Shown: positions 43,561 through 57,655, counted from the stretch's first letter. The stretch is DNA of 64,000 nucleotides from Octopus vulgaris (GCA_951406725.2 OX597814.1:147250001-147314000); one strand, 5' to 3'. Notes: generated from the letters alone by a model not told the origin. Numbers and translations are program-made.

Positions 43561-44139
43561 AAGAAGAAGAAGAAGAAGAAGAAAAAGAAGAAGAAGAAGA
43601 ACAACAACAACAACAATAGCAACAACAATAACAACAACATCAACACTTATAAATGAATAAATCGAAGGAGAAAAATAACATTAATAATAATGATAACGAT
43701 AATAATAAAAATAATGATTATTATTATAACAATAATGACAAAAGTGTTGATAATAATATTGTTAATAATAATGATAGTGGTAGTGGTGGTGGTAGCAATA
43801 AGAAGTATAATGATAATAATTGCAACCCTAGTAGTAACAGGGGAGTCGAATTTAGCGGTCGTTATACTGTGAGCCTCTAACTGTATTACCTCTATTTGTA
43901 GCAGCGATAGTATCAGAGGTGGCTATGGATACATAATCCTTAATCCTGATGATGACCCAACGAACCCAGATAACATTGATTCTAGTATACATGAAGATTC
44001 TGTAGTTCTTGATATTCAAATTAACTGTTAAAACTTCCATGGCAAATAATAGGCTATTATTACTAGTAATAAAGCAACTTTCTCTTACGTAACCCTGGAT
44101 AATTAGGGTAATTTTATCGCATCTAACAATAACATTGGA

Positions 44140-44237
44140 ACATTATTTACATTATATACATTTGACGGCAATATAGCGTAGTGATTAAGAGCGCTGGCTA
44201 CCAACCCCATTATTCCGAGTTCGATTCCAGGCAGTGA

Positions 44238-44291
<54 letters not shown>

Positions 44292-44488
44292 TAACAACAA
44301 CAACGTCGAAAAATACCTTACGAATGAGAAACAAGGTTCGAAATTTTTTCAAGACACCTGATGAAGGCTGGAGAGTATATCAGCCGAAATGCTGTGTTAA
44401 AAACAAACAAGATGAGGACAAATATACGTCAAATGTAAATAATGTAACTAATGTACTTAATTCCTCATCTCTTAAATATAAAACTGTA
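44140..44488 (+). mobile_element. tRNA-headed SINE-like element with internal (AAT)n, hammerhead motif and inverted terminal segment
   Basis: A box TAGCGTAGTGA (44174-44184), B box GTTCGATTCC (44219-44228), (AAT)n, HHR motif 44353-44398, and a 28-bp inverted repeat (44140-44167 / 44427-44454). Confidence 0.8.
44353..44398 (+). ncRNA. Minimal type I hammerhead motif (stem III mutated in this copy)
   Basis: GACAC-CUGAUGA-A-GGCUG(10-nt loop)CAGCC-GAAA-UGCU-GUGUU; an active version would read GAAACGUH. Confidence 0.7.
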
Positions 44489-45723
44489 TTAAATAACTTT
44501 GGAAGTACTAATGTCCTTAAATTCGCTACATTATGTAATTGTAAAAACAAATTTCTATTCCCTCTAAATATGTTATGCCTAAAAAAATTATCTATAGATG
44601 GGATGCAATAAATAAGGTAACTACTATTGTCTACATCGGTTCTACACTTCATGCAACTTTGATATTTCCAATAATGAATAAAGATAAGGTTACATCATTT
44701 TTGCAAAATTATAAGAATGGGAATTAAAAGACAAGAAAAAATACAAAAAAAAAAGGTTGCGAACTCCATCGAACATAATAATATGCACATTAGCCCGTTC
44801 GAATTATTGGTATGTAGGTTCGATTTGCTGGGTTTCTTTGTGGGAAATATATAAATGTTCAGACAACATCCTTAGCAAGTTTAATTAATTTAGAGCGAAA
44901 TTCTCGCGAGACATTTGAAATATATTTTCAAACTTTAAACCAGTTATGCAATAGGCTTTGAATATTACTATTCATCTTTAACGTCTTAGTTTGTGTTTAA
45001 CCATACATTTTAATGAAGTTCAGTATACTCGACTCATTTAAACATTATTAAAATATTTAAATAGCATTTATATACTATTTAAATGATAAGTCACATTATG
45101 CCAACGGCTCCCTATGTGTGCGCGACTGTATGTATTTGTATGTGTATGTATATGAATGTATGAATGTGTTTATATGTAAATATATTTATGTAAATGTACC
45201 TATGTATATATATGTATATACATGTGTGTATGTACGTGTGTGTATGTGTGCTTGTTTGTGTATGTGCGTGCGAGTATCTAGGAGTGTGAATATGTATACA
45301 TATATACCTATGTTATTTCTGATTAAATGAACAAGGTAATAAGATAGATGACTGTTGTTTTGTGGCTTTGTGCTGCCTTCAGGTTTGTTTTCTTTGTCTC
45401 AAGAAATAAAATCAACTCATGGCTACAGCATGTCTGTGATACTTGTACGTTCTCGAAGCAAATATTAGCTATTAAATTATTTAGATAGGTGTCTTGAATT
45501 AATATTTGATCCCTTTCCTTATAGCATGCTCATTATAAACACTCCTAATTTCTTCACAAATTCGAATGTTATTTTCAAAATATACCTCGTCGATCAATAT
45601 TAGTTGGATGCATCACAACCGATGTATTATCACACCTGGTTTTTAACTGTTTAAAATTTTACAGAGATCTTGAATTATATGTTATGATTTAATCTATGTA
45701 CACACACACACACACACACACAC

Positions 45724-45785
<62 letters not shown>

Positions 45786-47880
45786 TTGTGTGTGTGTGTG
45801 TGAGAGAGAGAGAGAGTGTGTGTGTGTGTATGTGTGCTTGCGCACGTGTATGTAGTGCACGGATGCAAAGTTTGCAACTGCAGTTCCGATAGAAGAAAAA
45901 ATGAGAATAAAAATCCTGGCAGATATCAATAAAACACTTAGTATTAGAAGAATTTGGTTAAATGTTCAACAATCAAATACCACTAAATGTAAGTGGAATA
46001 CAAAACCCCTGTAAATCCAGCTATATATATATATATACTACTCCATACTCATTCACTTAAATATTGATTAGCGTACGCAATCCTCTTTCAAGTATGACAT
46101 AATGTTTTCAATTTCCTTCACATCTTGACAGAATAAAAGAATGCCAAACGTTAAAGTCTGCCACAGTCTCTCCTCACTGAAAGTTCTAGGTGAACATATT
46201 TCCTTATTGGAATAAGGTACTTTCCGATGACGCCACCAACAAGGAGCATATTGTACGCCAGGAAAATATTTTCTGGCAAAACATGTATACCCGTGGTTCT
46301 AACTCCGTTAGAGAGTAAATATGTAAAGAAAACACTCATTTTGTTATGTCAGTGAATTGAAGGGGAACTGAATTAAAAATTAAAACTTCCAGCATACTAA
46401 TTGTAGAATTGTAATGTATAGAGGAGCATCTATATTTGTTTAGTATGAAAATTCTTAGTAATGTGTCGAAATGAAAATGTGTTTACAACATGTGGTAGTA
46501 TATTCTTCTTAATTTTCAAAGAAGCCAAATAAGACCGACCGAAATTGCAGTAACTGTAGTATGTAGCCTAATTTTACTAATGGAAGAAATATTAAGAAGC
46601 AGCTGTCTGGACATGATGGTAAAATGCAAGTCATTAACCATTCTAGTATTTTCTTTCTCATAGAATTATTTTCAGGTAGCCTATTTAATATCAGTGCCGG
46701 GAAGTTTGAATATCTTACATTATGGCCAGCTTCGCTTTTGATCGTACCTATATCGATAAATACTTTAATAAGTGGAGGACAAATTAGATCATTGAGCACG
46801 AACTTCAGCCGTGATATTTCTTCTCATACTTTGAGTCTCCAGTTGAAGTCCTACCTTGACCTACATATGTAGTGAACATTAAATCGCCTACTCAGTTTAA
46901 CATCAATGTCAAGACATTTCATGATTTTAGTGAAGGCCGATCATTTATCAAAACCTGTTCACATATTTAGTTGGAGTATAACTTCCTGCTTCCCTAACAA
47001 AGATATATGCAGCCTTGTAAAGATTCATAGAATGCCAGCTTTCTTTGACAAAAACTGATTAAATATGCTCACATTTGCTTCATTGTTTTTCCCCAGCCTG
47101 AGGGAGTCTCAGAATTCTGTATGTCTGTTTTCTTAACGAGTGAACAATTTGTGCATTTATTTCGTGATATTCCCTAGCCTACTAAAGCAAGTTCCTCGCC
47201 GATAATTTATTCATGGTGAAATCCGTACATGAACCAACTCTCTCCGGGATGATTTCCTATTCATTTTGGAATTGGAAAAACAACATTAATCACTGATATA
47301 TTGCATTTCCTTGTCATCACTATGATAACCTAATGAGTTTTATACTCTTTGAATTAAATATATCAAGACTAACTGTAGAAATATAACTCTAGTTTTATTC
47401 CCAATGATTAAACGTTTCGAATGCTTTACATATAGTTGTGTGTTTGCGTGTTAATTGATAAATTACGAACATGTGACTGTTTAATGATTTCAATTAGACT
47501 TGTTTCATATTTCCGTAAGAGACACTTGCATGTTATTTTGAAAAACATAGTTCATAAATTTCGCCATTAAATTCAAAACTACAAGAGAGATAGCCGGGAA
47601 ACTAGTAGTAAAATCTAAGAAACATTAGGAAGCTTCAACAAAATTGTGATTTTAATTTTAAATATCAATAACGGAAGTTGTCTACCATATCTATAAAAGT
47701 ATCTCTGTGTCTTTGTGTGTGTGTTTTGATACAAATGCATGTCATATGTGCCCTTATGTACCTAAGTTTTGTGACAATTTTTAAAGTTCTTATTTGTTAT
47801 CGTTGTTAATTGAAACGAATTCAGTCTCACTGTTTCATATATTCATAGGAACGTAAGACAACTTCAGATATAACTTATAT

Positions 47881-48085
47881 AAGGCGGCGAGCTAAACTAA
47901 TCCTTAGCACTTTGCTAAGTAATCTGTTTCCCGCAAATGCTCAGAGATATTTCTTCTAGTTTTGCGTTCAGAATTCCAGCAAAGTCAATTTCGTTGTCGA
48001 TAAAACCAGTACAAGATAAGGCCTAGAGTAGATGTAATTGATAAGTCCCATCCGCCAAAATGCAGTACTTGTACCTGCTCTAGAA
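47881..48085 (+). mobile_element. SINE family D, degenerate
   Basis: aaggcggcgagct..atccttagcac..gttcagaattcc..gtcgataaa. Confidence 0.65.
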
Positions 48086-48167
48086 AAGTTATATACCACA
48101 TGTGTGTAGTATACATGTATATAAACGCACGCACACACATATACACTCATTCACACATGTACTCACA

Positions 48168-48325
48168 CATACGTCGTGCTTCTCTCGGCTTCCATCTACA
48201 AAATCCACTTACAAGGCTTTAATCGGTGCAGAAAAGAAGACACTTACCTGAGATGTTATGGAGTAAGACTGATTCGCAGAATCATATGGTTGGAAAGCAA
48301 TATTTCTATCACATTGCCATGCGGT
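48168..48325 (-). mobile_element. SINE family C 5' half, degenerate
   Basis: ttccatctacaaaatccacttacaaggcttt..gaagacactt matches family C. Confidence 0.7.
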
Positions 48326-48656
48326 AGTTATTTATCTAAATAATGTGGAAGAATTGACGCCCGAATTATTCACGAAGACGCTGGTACAATAATCTCAATG
48401 CAAATATATTTATAGCATTACTGATATCCTAATTCAAATACCACAAGTATTTCGTCCGAAAATTATAGCATATTAACTACGAACTATAGCACATTAATAG
48501 AACTATTACAAATAGGAAAACGATTGTAGTATCCATTAAATAAATAAGAAGTATATGATTATTTTATGATAAGAATAATAGGTATAAGTATTTGCGTGGG
48601 CAAGATGCCTCGTGAATATAATTCACGTAATATACATATAATACATACAAATACAT

Positions 48657-48732
<76 letters not shown>

Positions 48733-49773
48733 AAATACATGTACATGCATACACACATACCACTCATATGTATGTTGTGTTTCTCTTTATATTCCTATTT
48801 ATTCAGGAACTAACGGCAGATTAGTATTGCATTCAGTGTAATGAACTTGGTAAATGTTTAAACAGTTCTTGTGCTTTTTTATGTCTAAGTATTGCACAAA
48901 ATATAAAGTTTAAAAATTTAAATGACAAAATATAATGTCTGGTTGGTCATATTTTAATCTGTAAAATAAATTACATGTTGTTATAATTTAAAACTTAAAT
49001 GGGAAATGAGAAAGGAGAACGAAGTATAACGTTATGTGTACAATATATTATGTCAATTGCAAAAACTTGCGAGAGAGTAAACTTATTAAATATTTCAGCC
49101 ATGAAATAGAATATGAATACTTCTAAATTGTATTTTCCTGAAATATTATAGTAATTTTTTTTGTTCCGTATTGTTTTAAACGCATCTTTATATATGTATA
49201 GTCATAGCTGTGCATGTGTGTCTGTTATAATTGGTTACATCTGTACACGAAAGACGATTTTAAAAAGTCTATGTGTGCGTGCGTTTGTACATATGTGTAC
49301 GTACGTATATATGTATGCGAGTTCGGTGCCGTGTAAGTTTCTACAGAAACAGATTAAGTAACCATTTTTACGTGGTTATAATTCTAAATGCAGTGCTCGT
49401 CTACTATCAGTGATACATAACGATTGCCCGTGTGATGCCAAGTTACTATCTTATGTTTAACGACAGACATCTGTAGTGCTGGCCAGGTACCGATGTGAGG
49501 TACTATCAGTTGGAGCTCGCTTGAATCACAGTTCAGATCAAGTCGAGCTCTTAAATCCGAAAGCAATGATTAGAATGAAACACAAACCGTATATATATAT
49601 ATATATATGTATATATAAATATGTATAGATGTATACGTATATGCATATATATATGTGTATAGATGTATACGTATATGCATATATATATGTGTGTGTGCGT
49701 GTATGTGTGTGTGTGTGTGTGTGTGAATGTTTGTGTGTGTGTGTGTGTACATATATATATATATATATATATT

Positions 49774-50480
49774 GTAGTTTCAGCTCAGAGCTGTGGCTAT
49801 GATGGAGCATCGCCGTTTTGCTACACTGTTATTACTGAGAGCCTTCTCTAATATGTGGAACTTGGTGAAGAATGGTGTTAGATGTCCCTACCCTCATTTG
49901 CACCACTTGCCGTGAGATAGGTTACTCTGGGACTCTCGACAGAAAGAGGTCCAGCCTTGATTTGAAATTGCCTCCTTCCACTCTGTGCAGGTTCCTGAGG
50001 CTCTTAGGGAGAATATTAAAAAGTTGTGGGCCCCTGAATCCTAGGCTGTTGTAGTAACAGGTCTTGAAGCGCAATGGCATTGCTGGGTAGCTTTCAATGC
50101 CAAAATGTGGCACATTTCCTTCCAGGATCTTCCAGATTTATATTACTGCATACATCTCCTACCTTGGCTCCATTGAGTAGAGTCTTAGCTGTTTCAGCCT
50201 TTCCCAGTGGATGAGATGTTGCTATTAGACGATTTTCTTTGTGAAGATTCCCTGGGTTATTTCAAGGTCTCTTGTTAATTTTACACTGCTAGGTAACCAT
50301 AGCTAGGAGCAGTAATCCAGGCGGCTGTGGACGAATATCCTCCAGAGGACCATCATGGTTTGCTTTTCTCTGGTTTTGAATGTTCTCAGGATCCATGCAG
50401 CCAGTCGTCTGCCCTTTGTCACCATCCTGGGAATGTGTACTTGGGAAGACGTATTATCATTCATGTCGATACCCATATAT
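49774..50480 (-). mobile_element. CR1-like LINE 3' fragment, related to 16422-18805
   Basis: WILRTFKTREKQTMMVLWR..LDYCS and GFRGPQLFNILPKSLRNLH..FKSRLDLFLS; same 3' hairpin tail at 49775-49815. Confidence 0.92.
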
Positions 50481-51067
50481 ATTAGAAAAAGAAAAAAAGT
50501 ATACAGAGAAACTGACATATAGACATGTATTTATTAGAACGTAATACACTTCTGAACATTATCAAACTCAATCTCACCCACAATGGCTTCCATGCCCAGA
50601 TAAATCAAATTGAGAAATTAAATTAAATTAAATCAAATTAATTTTCTCATACATAAAACATAAACAAATACTATACATACACCCATGAATGCAAAGCTAC
50701 CATCTTTGGTTTTTCACTAATACACTGGATAAAACTGAAGAAGTTGGATGCTGAAACCCCTTTAAGAGGATTTATATCCTTGATTTAGTTATATATATAT
50801 ATATATAAGAAAGTTTGAAAATGCAATTTTAAAGATGTTTATTCACATGATTGGTTTCACGTTTTCAGAAAAAGATTGTCAAAAGTAAAATGTAAGGCTT
50901 TGCATGAGCTTTTTTGTATTAAGTACTGGTTATCACAAAAAGTATTCAAATACAGATATACATAATAATAAGACAATGTCAAAAACACTTTACAAGAAAG
51001 TATTTAAGAAAGTAATTAGACTCCAAGAAGTATTTTGAGTTCAATAAAAATAATGTTTGTTCGGTAG

Positions 51068-51145
<78 letters not shown>

Positions 51146-51749
51146 CAGAAGGAGATATATTTAAGAATTTACCAAAAATTGTAGAGAAATAACTAACATA
51201 TCCTTCTGACATTTTCTCTAATGTGCCGCTAAAGAACGTTTGCTATTTTCTGGTGAAGAATCAAGATTGTTCGTATATTAAGCAAATTTGGGGATACTTG
51301 AATATCCCCAAATATTTGAAATTTCGCAAATGGAATTGAACATTGCTCGATATGTCATACATCAGAGGTCATATTGCATTTATAATCGAACGAATCACCG
51401 TTTTGAGTGACGGATATGTTGACAACGTATTAAGAATAAATAAAGTGAAGCTGAACGGCTTTTATCTTCGTTGCAATTACCATAGCTCATAAGCTTTTCG
51501 AGTTGGAACTAGCTGCAAGACACCACATGAGACCAGATAGCAATCAAAATGTTCTATACTCTAATGATGACAAACCGGTTGAAACTTGGAACTTATCTTC
51601 ATATATATTAACTATAAAATAATGATTCGATTGTTCACTCAATTTCATAGAACAAGTTTCAATATATATTGTCATGTAAAAAAATACATTAATATATTCT
51701 ACAGAAAGAGCGCAGTCGAGGTGGCCATATGCTAGTATATGCTGAATTG

Positions 51750-51845
<96 letters not shown>

Positions 51846-52289
51846 AAACGGCGCAGTATGAATAATATAATACAATTGTTCATAAACGAATGAAAATTCA
51901 AATATATCATTCTTGTGTAATTTTTATATGATAAATACAGTATAAAAAGTCTCCTCAAATATTCACGAAGTGTCTGAAAGGAAGACTCTGTAATCAATTA
52001 TACTTAATGAAAACAATAGAATAGGAACTGTTGAGCAAAACATATAGAGAGAATGAAAAACACAGAAACTGAATGAAGGAGTGAAGGCAGTATAACGTTA
52101 ATAACCACTATCACGCAGCATAACGTTGTATCACGCAGTAAAATAAAATCGAATCATGACACTGAAATCTTCAACAAAATGAAGGAATTTAGAAAGATAT
52201 ATTAAATTTTCAACAATAAAAGGAACTTGGAAAGATATATATTGAACCTGGATTTTATATGCATTTTTGAAAGAAGGTGGACTTTTTTC

Positions 52290-53198
52290 CTGTTATAAAT
52301 ATTTAAATTGGGGTCCATTAAATGGTTATTACTACTTAGTAGTAGTTGACAGTTTTACAAAATGGCCGGAAATTTTTAAGTGCAAAAGCCCAACCTCCGA
52401 AACAGTGATAAATGTTTTGCATGAATTATTCCCAAGATTTGGAATCCCAGATGTGATTGTATCTGATAATGGAACACAATTTGTGTCCAGTGAATTCAGA
52501 TTATTATGCGAAATGGTCACGGGAGGCGGTAGAATGACAGCGCCTTATCATCCCTGATCAAATGGAAAGGCAGAGCATTTTGTGGACACATTTAAAAAAG
52601 CTTTCAGATAAGTAAACAAGGTCACAGACGAAGTCGCTCTGCAGCAATTCCTACGGTCGTACATGGTGATACCAAACCCCAATACACCAGCAGGACGCTC
52701 ACCAGCAGAACTAATGTTGGCAAGGAGGGTGAAATCAGTCGTTGATAAAGCGTTACCTGAGGAGGAAAAAAAAAGTACTTGGAAAGACATCCCCAAAGAT
52801 TTCAAACTAAGTGATAAGGTGTACATGAGATTGTATAAAAACTAAAAACAGTACTGGGAAGAAGGAAAATAACAAAGTATATAAGGAAAATGATGTACGG
52901 AATTAAAAGCAGAAAAAGTATTGAAAAAAGACACAGAAGCCAGTTGAAGAAGAGATTGTACTAGAAAATGAAGCAGACAGATTAGAAGAACCTAGAAAAT
53001 GAATGGCAGGTACCAACACCGTTACAGGTGGTTGAAGCTACGCGTATAAGTGGATGAAAATGGAAGAACAAAGGGTCCTAAAAAGGGACACCAAAGAGAA
53101 ACAGATTAAGTTAGAAAAGAAACGCAAAAAGGGAGGAGGAGTGAATAAAGTAAACTAAATTTACTTGCTTCCCAAAGATAAAACACTAAAAGGGAAGA
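52290..53198 (+). mobile_element. Ty3/Gypsy LTR retrotransposon integrase remnant with polypurine tract
   Basis: GPLNG..LVVVDSFTKWPE..RFGIPDVIVSDNGTQF..PYHP*SNGKAE.FV..GRSPAELM; PPT aaaagggaaga at 53188-53198. Confidence 0.9.
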
Positions 53199-53448
53199 TG
53201 TCGTAGTGGAAATAGTACTCCCCTTGAGACGCGACAAAGTGGTATGAGAAGCCACTATTAGAGTCTGACCGTCAGTAGTAAGAGAGTCGTTGTACGAGTT
53301 CTCAGATGGAGTCAGTGCCAGTTACGTGATATATACGCGTTCGAGTTACCGTCAAGGTAGACTTTTCAAAGTTATCGTCTTGCAGAGCTATCAGCAATAG
53401 CACGAAAGACGAGTCAAAGATAATAAAACGCAGAATACCGCCACAACA
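53199..53448 (+). mobile_element. 3' LTR of the Gypsy element
   Basis: Begins TGTCGT right after the PPT and ends ACAACA; contains a TATA-like tract and AATAAA (53422). Confidence 0.7.
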
Positions 53449-53618
53449 TAATAGTAGCGACAACAATATTACAGTGCCGACAAGAACGTACGATGTGGAC
53501 GTGGATCCACATTATAGAACACACACGCACATATATGTATATGTATGTATGTACATGTGTATATATAAATATGTGTGTGTATGTTTATATGTATATGTAT
53601 ACGCACACACACATACAT

Positions 53619-53683
<65 letters not shown>

Positions 53684-53748
53684 CCTGCTCGCTTAGCCAC
53701 ACACGAACTAAAACAATGCGAACGCACACACACACATCTGATGGTCAT

Positions 53749-53815
<67 letters not shown>

Positions 53816-53819
53816 CATG

Positions 53820-53979
53820 GACCGCTGAAATCTACAAGTTTGTTTCATTCTCTCTGTTTATTTTTCTCTTATTCGTTTCTGTTGAAGAACGCAGTCTCGA
53901 AACGGTCCCGACCGTCAAACTAATACACTTGCTTGTTGTTCATACACCTGTTTTCGTATTTTGTTTTTCTATAAATTTC

Positions 53980-53983
<4 letters not shown>
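53820..53983 (+). mobile_element. TA-flanked short element with variant hammerhead-like core
   Basis: tttCTGTTGAagaacgcagtctcGAAACG at 53876-53904; non-canonical core and no clear 3' strand of stem I. Confidence 0.35.
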
Positions 53984-54037
<54 letters not shown>

Positions 54038-54650
54038 TACTATACACACAGAATAAATTCCCCACCCTGATATTGTCCAATATCACAATACACATTATTT
54101 CCAGTGCCAATTTTAGTTCAAGAAATAATCAAGAATCAGCAGGATTATATTGATGTCGAAGATTACTGCATAGTTGGCATCATTGGTGTGTTAGTTGTGA
54201 ATGTGTGTGGCAATTCTCTCACATACTTTGAATGTTAAATTCATTCTGATCAATTTAAAATTTCGTACCGGGTCACGTTCGTAGTAACCTTTCTATATCG
54301 ATATAGCTTAGGCAATCTATCAATTATTAATTCCCAGAACATTTCTGCATTTCTAACGCATTCCCTATACAGTTAATTTTCCAAAATTTTGACATCCACT
54401 AATAGTCAAATCCCTCAACATTAAATACCAACGTATCTGGTTGTTCTTATTAAGACAAAATTGTCTGTATTATATTTCAATAATGTTTGTGCTCTTCTAG
54501 GTTGCAAAAGCGTTAATCGGCAGAATCTTGCTGTTACATTGACAAAATGTTTTCGAAAGAGATCTGTTACTTCTTTCCCACTTCTCCCCATTTTCCTCAG
54601 TGCTTTTCCATCTCATTCTTTTTTAGCACACTCATAAAGTATATACCCAT

Positions 54651-54779
54651 TTCTTTACAACCCACAAGGGGCTAAACACAGAGAGGACAAACAAGGACAG
54701 ACAGACAGACAGACAGATTAAGTCGATTATATCGACCCCAGTGCGTAACTGGTACTTATTTAATCGACCCCGAAAGGAT
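54651..54779 (-). mobile_element. SINE family D 3' part
   Basis: gtcgattatatcgaccccagtg..tggtact..cgaccccgaaagga. Confidence 0.75.
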
Positions 54780-55265
54780 AAAGTATATACCTAAGTACAA
54801 TTGTTCATGTATAATACAGGAAATTGTTTATTATATCGTGCCCCTCCCCTGTTGTCTTGTTCAGTACTCATTGCATTGCACTAAGTGTTTATTTCTCTAA
54901 GGCATTATTTTCCAAATACGCCAGCTAAGCTAATTTGAACTGTCTAAAGTTGTAAGACACCTGTTGTTGTTGGTGTTTTTTCCTGTTATTATTATTATTG
55001 TTTTTTGCATTTATATTCGTGTGGCATCGTCCGTTTTTCTGTCCTTGTTTCGTATACATTCGATCCTTTTTCCAAGAAATCTAATGCTCGTAGCTTAGTT
55101 TTTCCTTGGGGCTGGCCGGATCGGAGCGATCTCAAGGTTAATTAGCCGAAATTGCGAGGACGATCCAGTTGTTGACTGAAGGTTAGAGGCTTCGAATGAC
55201 CCGTCCGTTTTTTGTGTCGTCTATTTGAATGTTTTGCGTTCTTGTCCCATTTTGCATTTTATATA

Positions 55266-55373
<108 letters not shown>

Positions 55374-55379
55374 CATACA

Positions 55380-55440
<61 letters not shown>

Positions 55441-55938
55441 TAAATTCTATAATTATATAAATATTCATATATATATAATCATATGTATACATATATCAAC
55501 CAATTACACTCAACGTATATCTAGCGTTTAATTAACGGGAGGCTGCCATCTGGCTGTCTGGCGCATTGGGGAATATTCCCTCAAAGTGCCGTGTAAGACT
55601 GTATCTCCACCGCACTATACGGCAGAAACGGCAAATGTTCACTATGATTTAAAGGAGATAAAATACGCAACGGGTACAAGGGAAGTGTTTGCGAAAAATA
55701 TTTTTCATAAAGAAACACACACACACACACACACACATACTGATATATATATATATATATATAATAATAAATATTAGGGAATAAATCCATGTATTTACAG
55801 GGAAAAAATCAGATTTAGGATTAAATCCAATTTTATAGTAAAATATTATAAAATATTATTAGAGACAAAACCATATTTTGCAAAACAAACAAGGAAAGAC
55901 TTAATCAATACATAAAATTTTAATAAATATCAAAATAG

Positions 55939-55980
55939 CCACTACAATTATTTCTTGTCTTGACGACAATCTTCAGGTGA
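55939..55980 (-). ncRNA. Minimal type I hammerhead ribozyme in a TA-flanked element (~55765-56085)
   Basis: - strand UCAC-CUGAAGA-UUGUC(GUCAA)GACAA-GAAA-UAAUUG-UA-GUGG: full core, loopless palindromic stem III. Confidence 0.8.
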
Positions 55981-56081
55981 ACTTCAATATATCAGTTTCA
56001 TAATTTGAAACTGATATAGAAGCTTCCTGAAGATTTCTCTTGAATGAAACAGTTGTAGTCCTGTAGAACTCCTTCTATATA

Positions 56082-56116
<35 letters not shown>

Positions 56117-56126
56117 TGTGTATGTG

Positions 56127-56264
<138 letters not shown>

Positions 56265-56360
56265 GTATATTGGTAAAAACGGTAAGATAACAAAAGAAAG
56301 AAAGAGATCTCAAAATTACGTAGAGGAAAGAGCGTTTTTCAGATGGCCAGACAGCCGAAG

Positions 56361-56411
56361 AGATGGTGATGAAGATTTCCGCCTCGGCATCCGAAACTCA
56401 GAGTTTTATCT
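56361..56411 (+). ncRNA. Degenerate hammerhead in a TA-flanked element (~56270-56447)
   Basis: AGAUGG-UGAUGA-...-GAAAC-UCAGA-GUU-UUAUCU: C3 missing; stems I and III pair. Confidence 0.5.
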
Positions 56412-57427
56412 TGGCTACCGAATAATTGTTACATATTATTTTACAGATATATATACATATATATATATATACATCTAGCGCAGTGTGATACGCCGGGGCA
56501 ACAACATTGCCAGAAATAAAATTTTAAAAACTCTTAATGCTGTATGTAGACCGCATAGTGTATACACATATGCTTTCAGAGGTCCAACCGCCCCATGGCG
56601 ATTTCGAGGATAACTGGGGCTATTTTTAGTTTTATCTATGACTGTAGACATATATGTGTGCATGTGTGTGTTTGTCTACATTCAACTGTCTAACAGTTAG
56701 TCTTTGTCTTTTATTTCCATATATCTTCCATGTGAAAGACTAGTAATTATTTGATTTCCTTTCCCTGAAATATCGAATTCAGACCTTTGATGTCCTATTT
56801 ATAAACTAAAAGAACAATCACTTTAGACAACGTAGTCCTAGACAGATTATATATAAAATTGTACCGGACGTTTTACTCATTTCTGAAACACATTTGGTTA
56901 TATGTTTCTTCTATCAAGCCTAACACAGTTACAGTCATGAATAACATCATAACAACAGTGACAACGCATTATATTCTTTCTAATATGTAAACAATAGAAA
57001 TAAGTTTGAATACAAGATGTTTATCTTGTAAGCTTAACGATATTTATGCCAAATAACTATTTCTCTGATGTTCAGAATGTTGGCAGAAAGATTAAAGGGT
57101 TGAACTAACAGCCTTTTAATATTTAGTTTCTTCTTTGAATTAAAATCGATCCACACCGTGTTCTCTTTTGTGCCTTCTTGGCTTTATGGTAGAAAACAAA
57201 AGGCAGTGATATCTTGTGGTCGACGCATACAAGCGCATGCACACAGGTTAAAGAAAGGTAGAGAGGTAGGGAGGGACAGTGAGAGAGAAGGATAGAGTGT
57301 TACATATACAGAGAGAGAGAGGGAGAGAGAATGTTTTTTGATTTAGGCCAAAAATATTGAAGAGATACTGCTTGACTCTACCTTCGCTCAAAGTACTTAC
57401 TTGCCTGGTACTTTATTTTCAAGATAA

Positions 57428-57655
57428 ATAAATGCGACCTTTTAAAGCCTAACCAGGCTCATGGGCCCGGTTTCCCGGTTTCTATGGCGTATGCTTTCCG
57501 CAGCTGGACTGGACGCCAGTCCATCGCAGCATTACTGGAGCAACGTAAAATGAAGTGTTTTGCTCAAGAACACAACGCGTCACCCGGTCCATGAATCGAA
57601 ACCACAATCTTACGATCATGATGCTGACACCCTAACCACTAAGCCACGCGCCTCC
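57428..57655 (-). mobile_element. tRNA-derived SINE family B
   Basis: Matches 20801-21056; TSD ggtactttatttt (57407-57419 / 57659-57671). Confidence 0.9.

Noticed and set aside
43901-44030. Short open frame after an AG that also contains CTGATGA
   Set aside because: No recognisable domain; CTGATGA lacks stem II and GAAA, so it is not a hammerhead.
44167-44240. tRNA gene
   Set aside because: Acceptor stem pairs poorly, there is no T-run terminator, and it continues into a repeat body; treated as a SINE head.
46100-47250. Possible old LINE remnant on the minus strand
   Set aside because: No diagnostic motif could be read with confidence.
50840-50890. Very degenerate minus-strand hammerhead-like spacing
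   Set aside because: Too many core mismatches to distinguish from chance.
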